Positions 34,283 through 42,997 of a stretch of DNA of 64,000 nucleotides are shown here, in pieces. Position 1 is the first letter of the stretch; every line of letters begins with the position of its first letter. The notes beneath the pieces were generated by a model, which saw only the letters and a list, made by a program, of their open reading frames with translations, did not search any database and was not told the origin of the DNA. A program made the position numbers and the translations under genes. Origin of the DNA: a bacterium (GTDB lineage Bacteria; Joyebacterota; Joyebacteria; Joyebacterales; Joyebacteraceae); contig JAPEKQ010000002.1 of assembly GCA_029990205.1 (NCBI GenBank), positions 163,240 through 227,239 of the forward strand, given 5' to 3'.

Positions 34283-37200
34283 ATGCGTCTGTCCGGACTC
34301 CGGATCACCGCGTCCGCGGCGGTGGTCGTACTCGCCGCACTGTGTCTCACGCCGCCGGCACTCGCCGCGCCGGCGCTGAACACCACCTGCGACTTCAGTG
34401 AGAGCGACATCCTGACCGCGGAGTTCCGCGGCCACGATGTGATCTCGATGGATGGACTCCGGACAACGCTCGAACTCGGTCGTCCCGAGCTCCCGGTGCG
34501 ATACGTCCGCTTCGCCCTCCCCGACGGCATGACGGCCACCGGAGTGACCGTTGACGTGGGTGACGCGTACGCCCTGGGCGGCCGCTTCAGCGTGCGGCCC
34601 GTCCAGCCTCAGCAGGCGTTCTCCCTCCCCTACATTGCGGAGTGGCGCGAACCGGATCCGGACGTCTACGACACCGCAGGTCTCTATCCCGCGGCTCCGG
34701 CCCGACTGGTCGACACCGGGAACATCGGCGGCTACGCTATCGCGACGGTCGCCGTCTACCCGCTTCAGTACGAAGCGACGACCGGGATCCTCACGCTCAA
34801 CCGTGACATCGAGATATCGCTTGAACTCTCGCCCGCCGACCGCACACTGCGTCGCCCGTCCGCGCGCTCGGCTCATGCGGAGACCGCGGTCGCGGACCGC
34901 GTCCGCAACATGGTCGAGAACCCGCACGATGTGGTCAGATCGTCAGTGCTCCGGACAAGGGACGAAGGAACCGACTACCTCATCATCACGGGCGCGGACT
35001 ACGTCGACGAGTTCCAGCCGCTGGCCGACTGGAAGACCGACAAGGGCGTGCCTGCCGAGATCGTCACGACCTCCTGGATCTACTCGAACTACGACGGCGT
35101 CGACGATCAGGAGAAGATCCGCAACTGCATCATCGACTACTACCAGACCGAGGGCACGACGTGGATCCTCCTCGCGGGCGACACGGATGTCGTCCCCGCG
35201 CGCAAGACGTTCGCTATGGACGTGGGCAGCAGCAACGAGAACGCCCTTCAGTGTGACCTCTACTTCTCCGATCTCGACGGGACCTGGAACGGCGATGGCG
35301 ACAGCACGTGGGGCGAGATCACGCAGGACACGATCGACCTCTACGCCGACGTCTTCGTGGGCCGCGCGCCGGTGAACACGTCGACCGAGGCCTCCCGGTT
35401 CGTCACGAAGGTCCTCACGTACGAGGGCGCACCGGCGGGCAACACGCTGCCGACCGACTACCAGGAGAACATGCTGTTCCTGGCCGAGGTGCTCTGGGAT
35501 CAGCCGTTCACCGACCACGGCATCTGCAAGAACATGATCGACGACGACTCCGTTCCGCCGAACTTCGACCCGATCACGAAGCTCTACGAGACGAACGGCC
35601 AGCTGTCGAAGTCGAACACGGTCGCCCAGCTCAACGCCGGGCAGAACATCACCAACCACAACGGCCACGCGTACTACAACGTCATGAGCATCGGCAGCTC
35701 GTCGCTCTACAACAGCGACTTCGACGGACTGACCAACTACGACCGCCAGGGCATCTGGTACACGATCGGGTGCTGGCCCGCGGCCATTGACTACAACTGC
35801 ATCGCCGAGCACTGGATGAACTCGCCGGGCGGCGGCGTCGCCTTCATCGGCAACAGCCGCTACGGGTGGGGCTCGCCGGGCGGGCCCGGCAACGGGACGT
35901 CGGACCGCTACGACCGCGAGTTCTTCAACCAGCTCTTCAATGAGGGCAACGACGTCATCGGCATCGCCCATGCGGCGCACAAGGATGTGTTCGTGAGCGA
36001 GGCCCGAAGCGACGGGTACACGCGCTACGTGCTCTATGAACTCAACCTCCTGGGTGATCCCGAGATGCGCATCTGGACGACGACGCCGTCGGTCGCCACC
36101 GTGAACCACCCCGACTCGGTGCCGCTTTCCGGTGAACCGTTCTACGTCACGGTGCGCAGCGCAGACGGTCAGGCGCTCCCGGGTGCTCTGATCTACTTCA
36201 GCAACGGCGAGATCGCGGAGACCTTCACGACCGGTTCGGACGGCATCGCCACGGTCGACCTCGACCCGACGACGACCGGCTCGGTCACGATGACGATCAC
36301 CGGCCCCGGCGTGCTTCCCTACTCCGACACGCTTCCGATCGCCGACGTACCGGCGGACACGACGCCGCCCGCCGACATCGAGACCCTGATGGCGGCGGAC
36401 CCGTTCGACCTCGGTAGCGAGATCCAGCTCGACTGGACCGGATACACGGCCCCCACAGACTTCGCAGCCTATCGTCTGTACCGCAGCACGGATCCGTTCA
36501 GCGATATCTCGGGGCGTTCGCCGGTCGCGACCGGCATCCTCTCCGCCGGCGCGACGACGTGGGACGACACGACGGTGGACGATATGCAGCCGTACTACTA
36601 CGCGGTGGTCGCGGTGGACCTCTGGGGCAATGTCGACGAGACCGTGACGGCGGTCGGCCCGATCGCATCGAGCATCAATGCGCGCATCCTGCTCTGGGAC
36701 GCCGACGACGGCGACCAGCCGTTCGACGGCGTGGGCGACGTCTACACCGTTGACGACGGAACAGAAGTGGCGTGGATCGACGCGCTCGACTCGATCGGCG
36801 AGCTCTACAAGTACACGGAGACGATCCCGGCGGACCTTTCGCCGTACGATCTCATCATCTACCTCGGCGGCGTCGTGAACTTCGGCGGACTGAACGTCCA
36901 GATGACCGAGGAGGAAGCGGCGGCGCTTCTCGCCTTCACGGATGGAGGCGGCAGTCTCTACATCGAGGAGCCGAACTTCGGCGGTCAGTACAGCGAGAGC
37001 GGGAGCGCATCACAGATGGATCTGTGGGACCGCTTCCACTGCTCGTACTCGATGGGCAGCGCGAAGTCGGTCGGCAACGTTCAGACGCTGGTCGGTCAGA
37101 CCGGCAGCGTCGGCGACGGGATGAACTTCTCGTACGACTATCAGAACGACCCGGACCAGTTCGTCGGCAAGATCGGCCCGGACGACGCGGCCACGGATCT

Positions 37201-37684
37201 CATTTGGGAGGACCAGGGCGCAGAAGGCCGCGGAACCGTCTACACCGATCCCGGCAACGGCGCACACCGATACATGGCGCCGGTGCTGCTCGGCGGCATG
37301 ACCGGCGGGAGCTACCCGTCGACGCACACTGAGTACATCACGAGGATCCTGGACGACCTCTCCCTCATCGGGACGACCGGTGTGGACGACGAGCTTGCCG
37401 TGCCGTCACATCGACTTGACCAGAACAGTCCGAACCCGTTCAACCCGACGACGACCGTCCAGTACTTCGTCGCCTCGGAGAACGCGCGGGTCCACCTCGC
37501 GGTCTACGACGTTCGCGGCCGCATCGTAACCACGCTGGCCTCGGGCAGCTCGGAGGCCGGTGAGCACGCGGTCGTCTGGGACGGAACGGACTCGCGAGGC
37601 CGGAAGGTCTCGTCGGGCATCTACTTCCTGCGCGCCGAGATCGACGGGTGGGAGAACGCGCGGAAGATGGTGCTTCTCAAGTAG
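34283..37684 (+). CDS. Peptidase C25 (gingipain-like) family surface protease with Fn3-like domain and FlgD-Ig/T9SS-like C-terminal domain
   Basis: C25 hallmarks: DYLIITG...ILLAGDTDVVP, CDLYFSDLDG, DVFVGRAP, catalytic-type His (NHNGHA) and Cys (YTIGCWP). The last ~85 aa are NSPNPFNPTTTVQYF...VSSGIYFLR...KMVLLK. Signal peptide present. Confidence 0.88.
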   Translation: MRLSGLRITASAAVVVLAALCLTPPALAAPALNTTCDFSESDILTAEFRGHDVISMDGLRTTLELGRPELPVRYVRFALPDGMTATGVTVDVGDAYALGGRFSVRPVQPQQAFSLPYIAEWREPDPDVYDTAGLYPAAPARLVDTGNIGGYAIATVAVYPLQYEATTGILTLNRDIEISLELSPADRTLRRPSARSAHAETAVADRVRNMVENPHDVVRSSVLRTRDEGTDYLIITGADYVDEFQPLADWKTDKGVPAEIVTTSWIYSNYDGVDDQEKIRNCIIDYYQTEGTTWILLAGDTDVVPARKTFAMDVGSSNENALQCDLYFSDLDGTWNGDGDSTWGEITQDTIDLYADVFVGRAPVNTSTEASRFVTKVLTYEGAPAGNTLPTDYQENMLFLAEVLWDQPFTDHGICKNMIDDDSVPPNFDPITKLYETNGQLSKSNTVAQLNAGQNITNHNGHAYYNVMSIGSSSLYNSDFDGLTNYDRQGIWYTIGCWPAAIDYNCIAEHWMNSPGGGVAFIGNSRYGWGSPGGPGNGTSDRYDREFFNQLFNEGNDVIGIAHAAHKDVFVSEARSDGYTRYVLYELNLLGDPEMRIWTTTPSVATVNHPDSVPLSGEPFYVTVRSADGQALPGALIYFSNGEIAETFTTGSDGIATVDLDPTTTGSVTMTITGPGVLPYSDTLPIADVPADTTPPADIETLMAADPFDLGSEIQLDWTGYTAPTDFAAYRLYRSTDPFSDISGRSPVATGILSAGATTWDDTTVDDMQPYYYAVVAVDLWGNVDETVTAVGPIASSINARILLWDADDGDQPFDGVGDVYTVDDGTEVAWIDALDSIGELYKYTETIPADLSPYDLIIYLGGVVNFGGLNVQMTEEEAAALLAFTDGGGSLYIEEPNFGGQYSESGSASQMDLWDRFHCSYSMGSAKSVGNVQTLVGQTGSVGDGMNFSYDYQNDPDQFVGKIGPDDAATDLIWEDQGAEGRGTVYTDPGNGAHRYMAPVLLGGMTGGSYPSTHTEYITRILDDLSLIGTTGVDDELAVPSHRLDQNSPNPFNPTTTVQYFVASENARVHLAVYDVRGRIVTTLASGSSEAGEHAVVWDGTDSRGRKVSSGIYFLRAEIDGWENARKMVLLK

Positions 37685-37732
37685 AAGTCCCAGTACAGGG
37701 GCACGGAACGGGCGCGTCGAGGAGAAACCTTC

Positions 37733-37761
37733 TTGACGCGCTCGCATTATTATGATAAGAT
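37733..37761 (+). promoter_or_regulatory. Sigma70-type promoter upstream of C25 peptidase 2 (or of a leader/ncRNA)
   Basis: TTGACG (37733-37738), 17-nt spacer, TAAGAT (37756-37761), in an AT-rich island about 355 nt upstream of the ATG at 38117. Confidence 0.55.
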
Positions 37762-37963
37762 GATGCTGATAGCTGATACCCACATGTTGCCGCGCATTGG
37801 GCGAAACGCATCACAGGAGAGGCATCACACCCCACACTGCTACTGCTCTGAGCGAACCGAGTCGACAATCCAAACACGACGAGTGACGCGCGGGGTGTCC
37901 GGTGGACCGGACGCGGCAGTGACTGGTGTGAACCTACGCCCAACGAACGTGCTGCCAGGAACC

Positions 37964-38009
37964 GGGACCGGGTGCCTACCGACGACGCCTCGGTCCCGTT
38001 TGTGTCTGT
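37964..38009 (+). terminator. Terminator/attenuator-like hairpin inside the long leader of C25 peptidase 2
   Basis: gggaccg (37964-37970) pairs with cggtccc (37991-37997) and is followed by gtttgtgtctgt. Confidence 0.4.
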
Positions 38010-38116
38010 AGACCCGGTCGCTTGAGGCGGTCCGAGAGGGGCCAGGCGAACATACGAACGAATAGAAGAAGAGCGTTCCGCGCTCGAACGGATTGTAACT
38101 GCAGAAGGAGGACGTG

Positions 38117-41100
38117 ATGACCTCGAGATCCGCGCTGATCTGTCTCGCCGCCGGGTTCATGGTATTCACCGCCTCGCTGGCGGTGGCGGCAAGCCCGGCG
38201 ATCGATGTATCGATCGACGAGTCGCAGATCGAACTCGTGGCTGATGGACGACTCGTGACACCCCTCATCGACGGGTATCGGACGCTCGCCAGAGAGGGCG
38301 CCCCGAACCTCCCGGCGCGTGTCGTTCACTTCGTCATACCACCGGACATGAGCGTTGCGGATGTCATCGTCTCGCACGGCAGCGAGAAGACGCTCCCGGG
38401 AACGCACCGGATCGCTCCGATGCAGCCCGAGACCCCCACCGGAGAAGAGAGAGCTCCGGTCGAGGCCTCGGCTGAGATCTACGGCAGCGACGCGGTCTAC
38501 CCGAGCGAGAGAGCCGTCTATCTCGGTGATGGATACCTTGGCGGGTATCACATCGTCTCGGTGGCCCTCTATCCCCTCCGCTATCACCCCGAGAGCGGGC
38601 GACTCGTTGTTACGAGCGACCTCGAAGCCAGACTCGAGCTCACGCCGTCTGTGGACCGTTCGGCTCCGCGTCACCGGATGACGGCGGACGCGGCGATGAC
38701 GTACCGCAAGGTCGTCAGCGGAATGGTCGAGAACCCGGGCGATATCGACGCCTGCGCGAAGCAGGGTGTCGCGGTCGTCAGCGGCGCCTCGCCCGGCGGG
38801 TTCGCGCCGAAGTACTCGCCGTCGCTGGAAGGCAGCCTCGTCGAGTACGTCATCATCACGAACGAGGAGTACGAGTCCTACTTCCAGCAGATCGCCGACT
38901 GGAAGACGAAGAAGGGTATCCCCGCGGTCGTCCGCACGGTCTCGTGGGTCAACGCGAACTACCCCGGCGGCTGCGACACGGCCGAGCGCATCCGGATGTT
39001 CATCCAGGACGCGTTCGCGTCGTGGGGCACGACGTACGTCCTGCTCGGCGGTGACACCGGTGTGATCCCTCCTCGCTACGGCCTGTCGGCCTACTACGGC
39101 GGGTGGGACATCTCGACCGACCTCTACTACAGTGATCTGGACGGGAACTGGAACGGGGATGGCGACAGCGACTTCGGCGAAGGCTACAGCGGCCCCACGG
39201 CTCTGGGCGACAGTCTCGACCTCTACCCCGACGTCTTCGTCGGGCGCGCGCCGGTCGCATCGATCATCGAGGCCGAGACGTTCATCGACAAGACGTTCGA
39301 GTACGTCACGAACCCCGATCCGGTCTTCGCGGAGCGGAACCTCTACCTTGCCGAGGTGCTCTTCCCGTACGACTGGGAACAGGGCATGCTCATCAGCACC
39401 GACGGCGCCGAGGATGTCGTGGAGCCAACGCTCTCCCTTGTTCCGCCGAACATCAACACCTCGCTTCTGTATCAGAACTACGATCCGTTCCCGATGTCGT
39501 GGCCGCTGACCCGCGAGACGGCGATCGATTCGATGAACCAGGGCTACAACATCACTTCGCACATCGGACACGGCAACAAGGACATCATGCGCTGCAGCAG
39601 GAACAACTACGTCACGCTGCAGGATGTCGACGCCCTCGTCAACGGACAGCGGAAGTCCGGATACTACTGGATGCTCAACTGCACATCGACCGCCATCGAG
39701 TACGACTGCATCGCAGAGCATCTGATGAACAACCCGAACGGCGGCGCCTCGTCGCTCTTCGGCCCGACCCGGTTCTGCTTCCCGACGACCGCGAAAGACT
39801 ACTACCTCTCGTGGTACGACTACCTCTATGCGCAGGGCACGACTCGCGCCGGCGTCGTCAGCGCGGCGTGCAAGACCCCGTACGTGGCGGAATCCGACTA
39901 CGACAACACGGACCGCTGGACCCAGATGAGCCACACGTATCTCGGTGACCCGGAAATGAGGCTCTGGACAGCGCGTCCGACGGATCTGACGGTCGTGCAC
40001 TCGAACACGGCGCCGCTTGGCGACATCGACCTGTCCGTCACGGTCTCCGACCCGGCGGCCGTCGACAGCGCGCTGGTCTGCGTTGTCAAGGAGGACGAGG
40101 TATACGCGCGCGGATACACGGATGCTTCCGGTTACGTGCTGCTCTCGTTCACTCCTGAGACGACGGGTCAGATGACGATCACTGTCACGGCGAAGAACCA
40201 TCTTCCGTACGAGGACACGATCGCCGTCACGTCCGCGTCGGGCGCACACGTGTCATTCAACTCCGTAGCGATCGAGGATGACGCGCTCGGACTGAGCGAC
40301 GGCAATAGCAACGGCCTCGCCGAGGCCGGCGAGACCGTACAGCTGAGCATGCTCATCCAGAACGCGGGTCAGACCGCCGCCACGGGGGTCACGGCGACGC
40401 TCGTCTCGACCGACCCGCTGCTCACGCTCATCGATGACACCGAGTCCCTCGGGGACTTGAACGCCACGAGCCAGGCTCAGTTCGACACGCTCTTCGCGGT
40501 GCAGATCTCGAACGACTGCGCGAACGAGTATGAAACGGTGCTCGAGGTCCAGTTCGAGGACACCGTGACGCGAGCCACGTGGACCGACGAGTACACGCTC
40601 CGCGTGCTCCGTCCGATCCCGGAGATGCAGCTGACCCAGTCGAGCGACGACGGGAACGGAGACGGAATCCCGCACCCGGGCGAGAACGTGACATTCACCA
40701 TCCAGCTGCTCAATGAGGGCAACGGCGACTTCGACGCGTTGACCGGCACGCTGCGTTATCCGAACGCCGAGGTCACGCTTGTCGACAGCGTCGGGTCGTG
40801 GGGCGATATTCAGGCCGGGACGACCGGCGACCAGACCGACGACTTCCAGTTCTCGGTCGTCAGCACCGTCACCTCCCACCTCCGCCTCCTGCTGGCCGAT
40901 GAGGACGGCAAGGAGTGGACGATCCTGTTCGATCTCGTTCCGCCGGACCAGCCGCTCAACCTTGAGGGCAGCGTCGTGTCGACGACCATCTTCCTCACGT
41001 GGGACCCCGTGACGAACGATGATCTCTGGGGATACAACGTGTACCGGGCGCCGGCAGAGTTCGGCCCGTACTCCCAGGTGAACGACGGTGTCGTCGAGCT

Positions 41101-42838
41101 GATCTCCTACTACGAAGACGCCGGACTCGACGAGAACGAGCTCTACTTCTACAAGGTCGCTGCGATCGACTCCTCGGCGAACGAGGGCGATCACTCTGAT
41201 GCTCTCCAGATCAGCACGAACCCGCCATCGCAGGAGGGGTGGCCGATCACCGGCGGCGAGCTGATCTACAACACCCCGGCTATCTGTGACATCGACCTCG
41301 ACGGAGACCTCGAGCTTCTCGTCGGCGCGGGTCACATCCACTGCTGGCACGAGAACGGCGTCGAGTATCGCGACGGCGACGGCGATCCCAGGACGAACGG
41401 CGTCTACGAGGTCGACGGCGTCGGCGGATACCGCTCCTCGATCGCGGTCGGCGAACTCGACGGGGATGCGTACCCCGAGATCGTCGTGGCGGCGTGGGGA
41501 GACGTGGGAGACCTCGTGTCCGAGTATGCGATCTACGCCTGGAACGCTGAGGACGCGAGCATTGTGACCGGGTGGCCTGTCCTGACACCGAAGTTCTGCT
41601 GGGCCACGCCGGCTCTCGGCGACCTCGACCGCGACGGACTCGATGAGATCGCCATCCCGTGCGCGGACGGCAATCTGTACGTCTGGAAGGGCGACGGCAC
41701 CGAGCTGATCGACGGGGACAGCAACCCGTCGACGGACGGAGTCTTCCAGTACCTCGGGAACCCGTGGGCGTACGCCTCCGCATGCGTGGTCGATCTGGAC
41801 GGCGACCATGTCAACGAGATCATCGCCCCATCCCGCTCGGACAGTGTCTACGCCTTCGAGGCGGACGGCACACGCATGCCGGGGTGGCCGGTCGGACTCT
41901 GCGGCAGGGTTCTCAGTTCCCCGTGCGTCGCGGACCTGGACGCCGACGGCGACCTCGAGGTCATCGCGTCTGCCGAGGACGACTCGCTGTACGTGTTCGA
42001 CCACACCGGTCAGCTGCTGCCCGGATGGCCGCAGTTCGCGGATATCGGCGGCGACTTCCCGCCGTCACCCACGGTAGCCGACATCACCGACGATGGACAG
42101 ATGGAGATCATCTCGGTCGACAGCGTCGGCGAGATCGATGTCTTCACGTGGTACGGCACGGAGATCTCCGGATGGCCGCAGTTCATGGACAGCGGCAGTC
42201 ACTCGAGCCCCGCGGTGGGCAACATCGACAACGATTCGGGCTGGGAGATCGTCGTCGGCTCCAACGACGGCCAGGTCTATGCGTATGACGCTGACGGCGA
42301 CGTTCTCCCCGGTTGGCCGATCCAGACCGGCGCCGAGGTGTACTGTACGCCCTCGCTCGCGGACCTCGACCAGGACGGCGACATCGAGGTGATCGTCTCG
42401 AGCTTCGACGCCATGGTCTACGTATGGGACGTCGAGGGAGACTACGATGACGGCGACGGCGTGCTCTGGGAGACGTTCCGCTGCAACTACCACCGCAACG
42501 GGTTCGTCGGATACGAAGAGCCGGTCGGTGTACCCGAGGATGCGCCCGTCAACGTGACACGCGCGACGCTCGAACAGAACTACCCGAACCCGTTCAACCC
42601 GACCACGACGATCGCCTTCTCGGTCCGCTCTGATGGGGCGATGATCGAACTCGGCGTCTACAACGTCGCCGGCGAGCTCGTCCGGACGCTCTCGTCCGGT
42701 GAGGTGCCGGGCGGTCAGCACACGCTCGTCTGGAACGGACGTGACGACGGCGGCCGCCAGGTCTCCTCGGGTGTCTACTTCGTCAGACTCGAGTGCGACG
42801 GGCAGGCCGAGACGCGGAAGATCGCGCTCCTCAAGTAG
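38117..42838 (+). CDS. Giant peptidase C25 (gingipain-like) family protein with Fn3-like domain, ~8 FG-GAP/VCBS repeats and FlgD-Ig/T9SS-like C-terminal domain
   Basis: EYVIITN...VLLGGDTGVIP, DLYYSDLDGNWNGDGD, DVFVGRAP, SHIGHGN and MLNCTST catalytic-type motifs. Repeated D-x-D-x-DG-x-x-E-hydrophobic FG-GAP motifs. Tail NYPNPFNPTTTIAF...VSSGVYFVR...KIALLK. GGAGGA precedes the ATG at 38117. Confidence 0.88.
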   Translation: MTSRSALICLAAGFMVFTASLAVAASPAIDVSIDESQIELVADGRLVTPLIDGYRTLAREGAPNLPARVVHFVIPPDMSVADVIVSHGSEKTLPGTHRIAPMQPETPTGEERAPVEASAEIYGSDAVYPSERAVYLGDGYLGGYHIVSVALYPLRYHPESGRLVVTSDLEARLELTPSVDRSAPRHRMTADAAMTYRKVVSGMVENPGDIDACAKQGVAVVSGASPGGFAPKYSPSLEGSLVEYVIITNEEYESYFQQIADWKTKKGIPAVVRTVSWVNANYPGGCDTAERIRMFIQDAFASWGTTYVLLGGDTGVIPPRYGLSAYYGGWDISTDLYYSDLDGNWNGDGDSDFGEGYSGPTALGDSLDLYPDVFVGRAPVASIIEAETFIDKTFEYVTNPDPVFAERNLYLAEVLFPYDWEQGMLISTDGAEDVVEPTLSLVPPNINTSLLYQNYDPFPMSWPLTRETAIDSMNQGYNITSHIGHGNKDIMRCSRNNYVTLQDVDALVNGQRKSGYYWMLNCTSTAIEYDCIAEHLMNNPNGGASSLFGPTRFCFPTTAKDYYLSWYDYLYAQGTTRAGVVSAACKTPYVAESDYDNTDRWTQMSHTYLGDPEMRLWTARPTDLTVVHSNTAPLGDIDLSVTVSDPAAVDSALVCVVKEDEVYARGYTDASGYVLLSFTPETTGQMTITVTAKNHLPYEDTIAVTSASGAHVSFNSVAIEDDALGLSDGNSNGLAEAGETVQLSMLIQNAGQTAATGVTATLVSTDPLLTLIDDTESLGDLNATSQAQFDTLFAVQISNDCANEYETVLEVQFEDTVTRATWTDEYTLRVLRPIPEMQLTQSSDDGNGDGIPHPGENVTFTIQLLNEGNGDFDALTGTLRYPNAEVTLVDSVGSWGDIQAGTTGDQTDDFQFSVVSTVTSHLRLLLADEDGKEWTILFDLVPPDQPLNLEGSVVSTTIFLTWDPVTNDDLWGYNVYRAPAEFGPYSQVNDGVVELISYYEDAGLDENELYFYKVAAIDSSANEGDHSDALQISTNPPSQEGWPITGGELIYNTPAICDIDLDGDLELLVGAGHIHCWHENGVEYRDGDGDPRTNGVYEVDGVGGYRSSIAVGELDGDAYPEIVVAAWGDVGDLVSEYAIYAWNAEDASIVTGWPVLTPKFCWATPALGDLDRDGLDEIAIPCADGNLYVWKGDGTELIDGDSNPSTDGVFQYLGNPWAYASACVVDLDGDHVNEIIAPSRSDSVYAFEADGTRMPGWPVGLCGRVLSSPCVADLDADGDLEVIASAEDDSLYVFDHTGQLLPGWPQFADIGGDFPPSPTVADITDDGQMEIISVDSVGEIDVFTWYGTEISGWPQFMDSGSHSSPAVGNIDNDSGWEIVVGSNDGQVYAYDADGDVLPGWPIQTGAEVYCTPSLADLDQDGDIEVIVSSFDAMVYVWDVEGDYDDGDGVLWETFRCNYHRNGFVGYEEPVGVPEDAPVNVTRATLEQNYPNPFNPTTTIAFSVRSDGAMIELGVYNVAGELVRTLSSGEVPGGQHTLVWNGRDDGGRQVSSGVYFVRLECDGQAETRKIALLK

Positions 42839-42892
42839 CGGGTCGGGCGGAGACCATCGGCAAGAGCCGATGAGGTGCTTCTGAAACGACAC

Positions 42893-42927
42893 GGGCCGGG
42901 CTCAGCAGAGCCCGGCCCGTTCTTGTT
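42893..42927 (+). terminator. Rho-independent terminator after C25 peptidase 2
   Basis: gggccgggctc agca gagcccggccc forms a perfect 11-bp stem followed by gttcttgtt. Confidence 0.8.
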
Positions 42928-42997
42928 GGTCGCGGTGTGCGGCTGGTCGTGATATGCGGCTCGTGGCATTCGCGCACGAACTGCCCGTCGGTTCGAC

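Noticed and set aside
37976-42004. Minus-strand ORFs of 757 aa and 583 aa (37976-40249 and 40253-42004).
   Set aside because: Both are antisense to the C25/FG-GAP gene, whose domain content is clear. The antisense translations are Arg/Val/Asp-rich low-complexity sequence.
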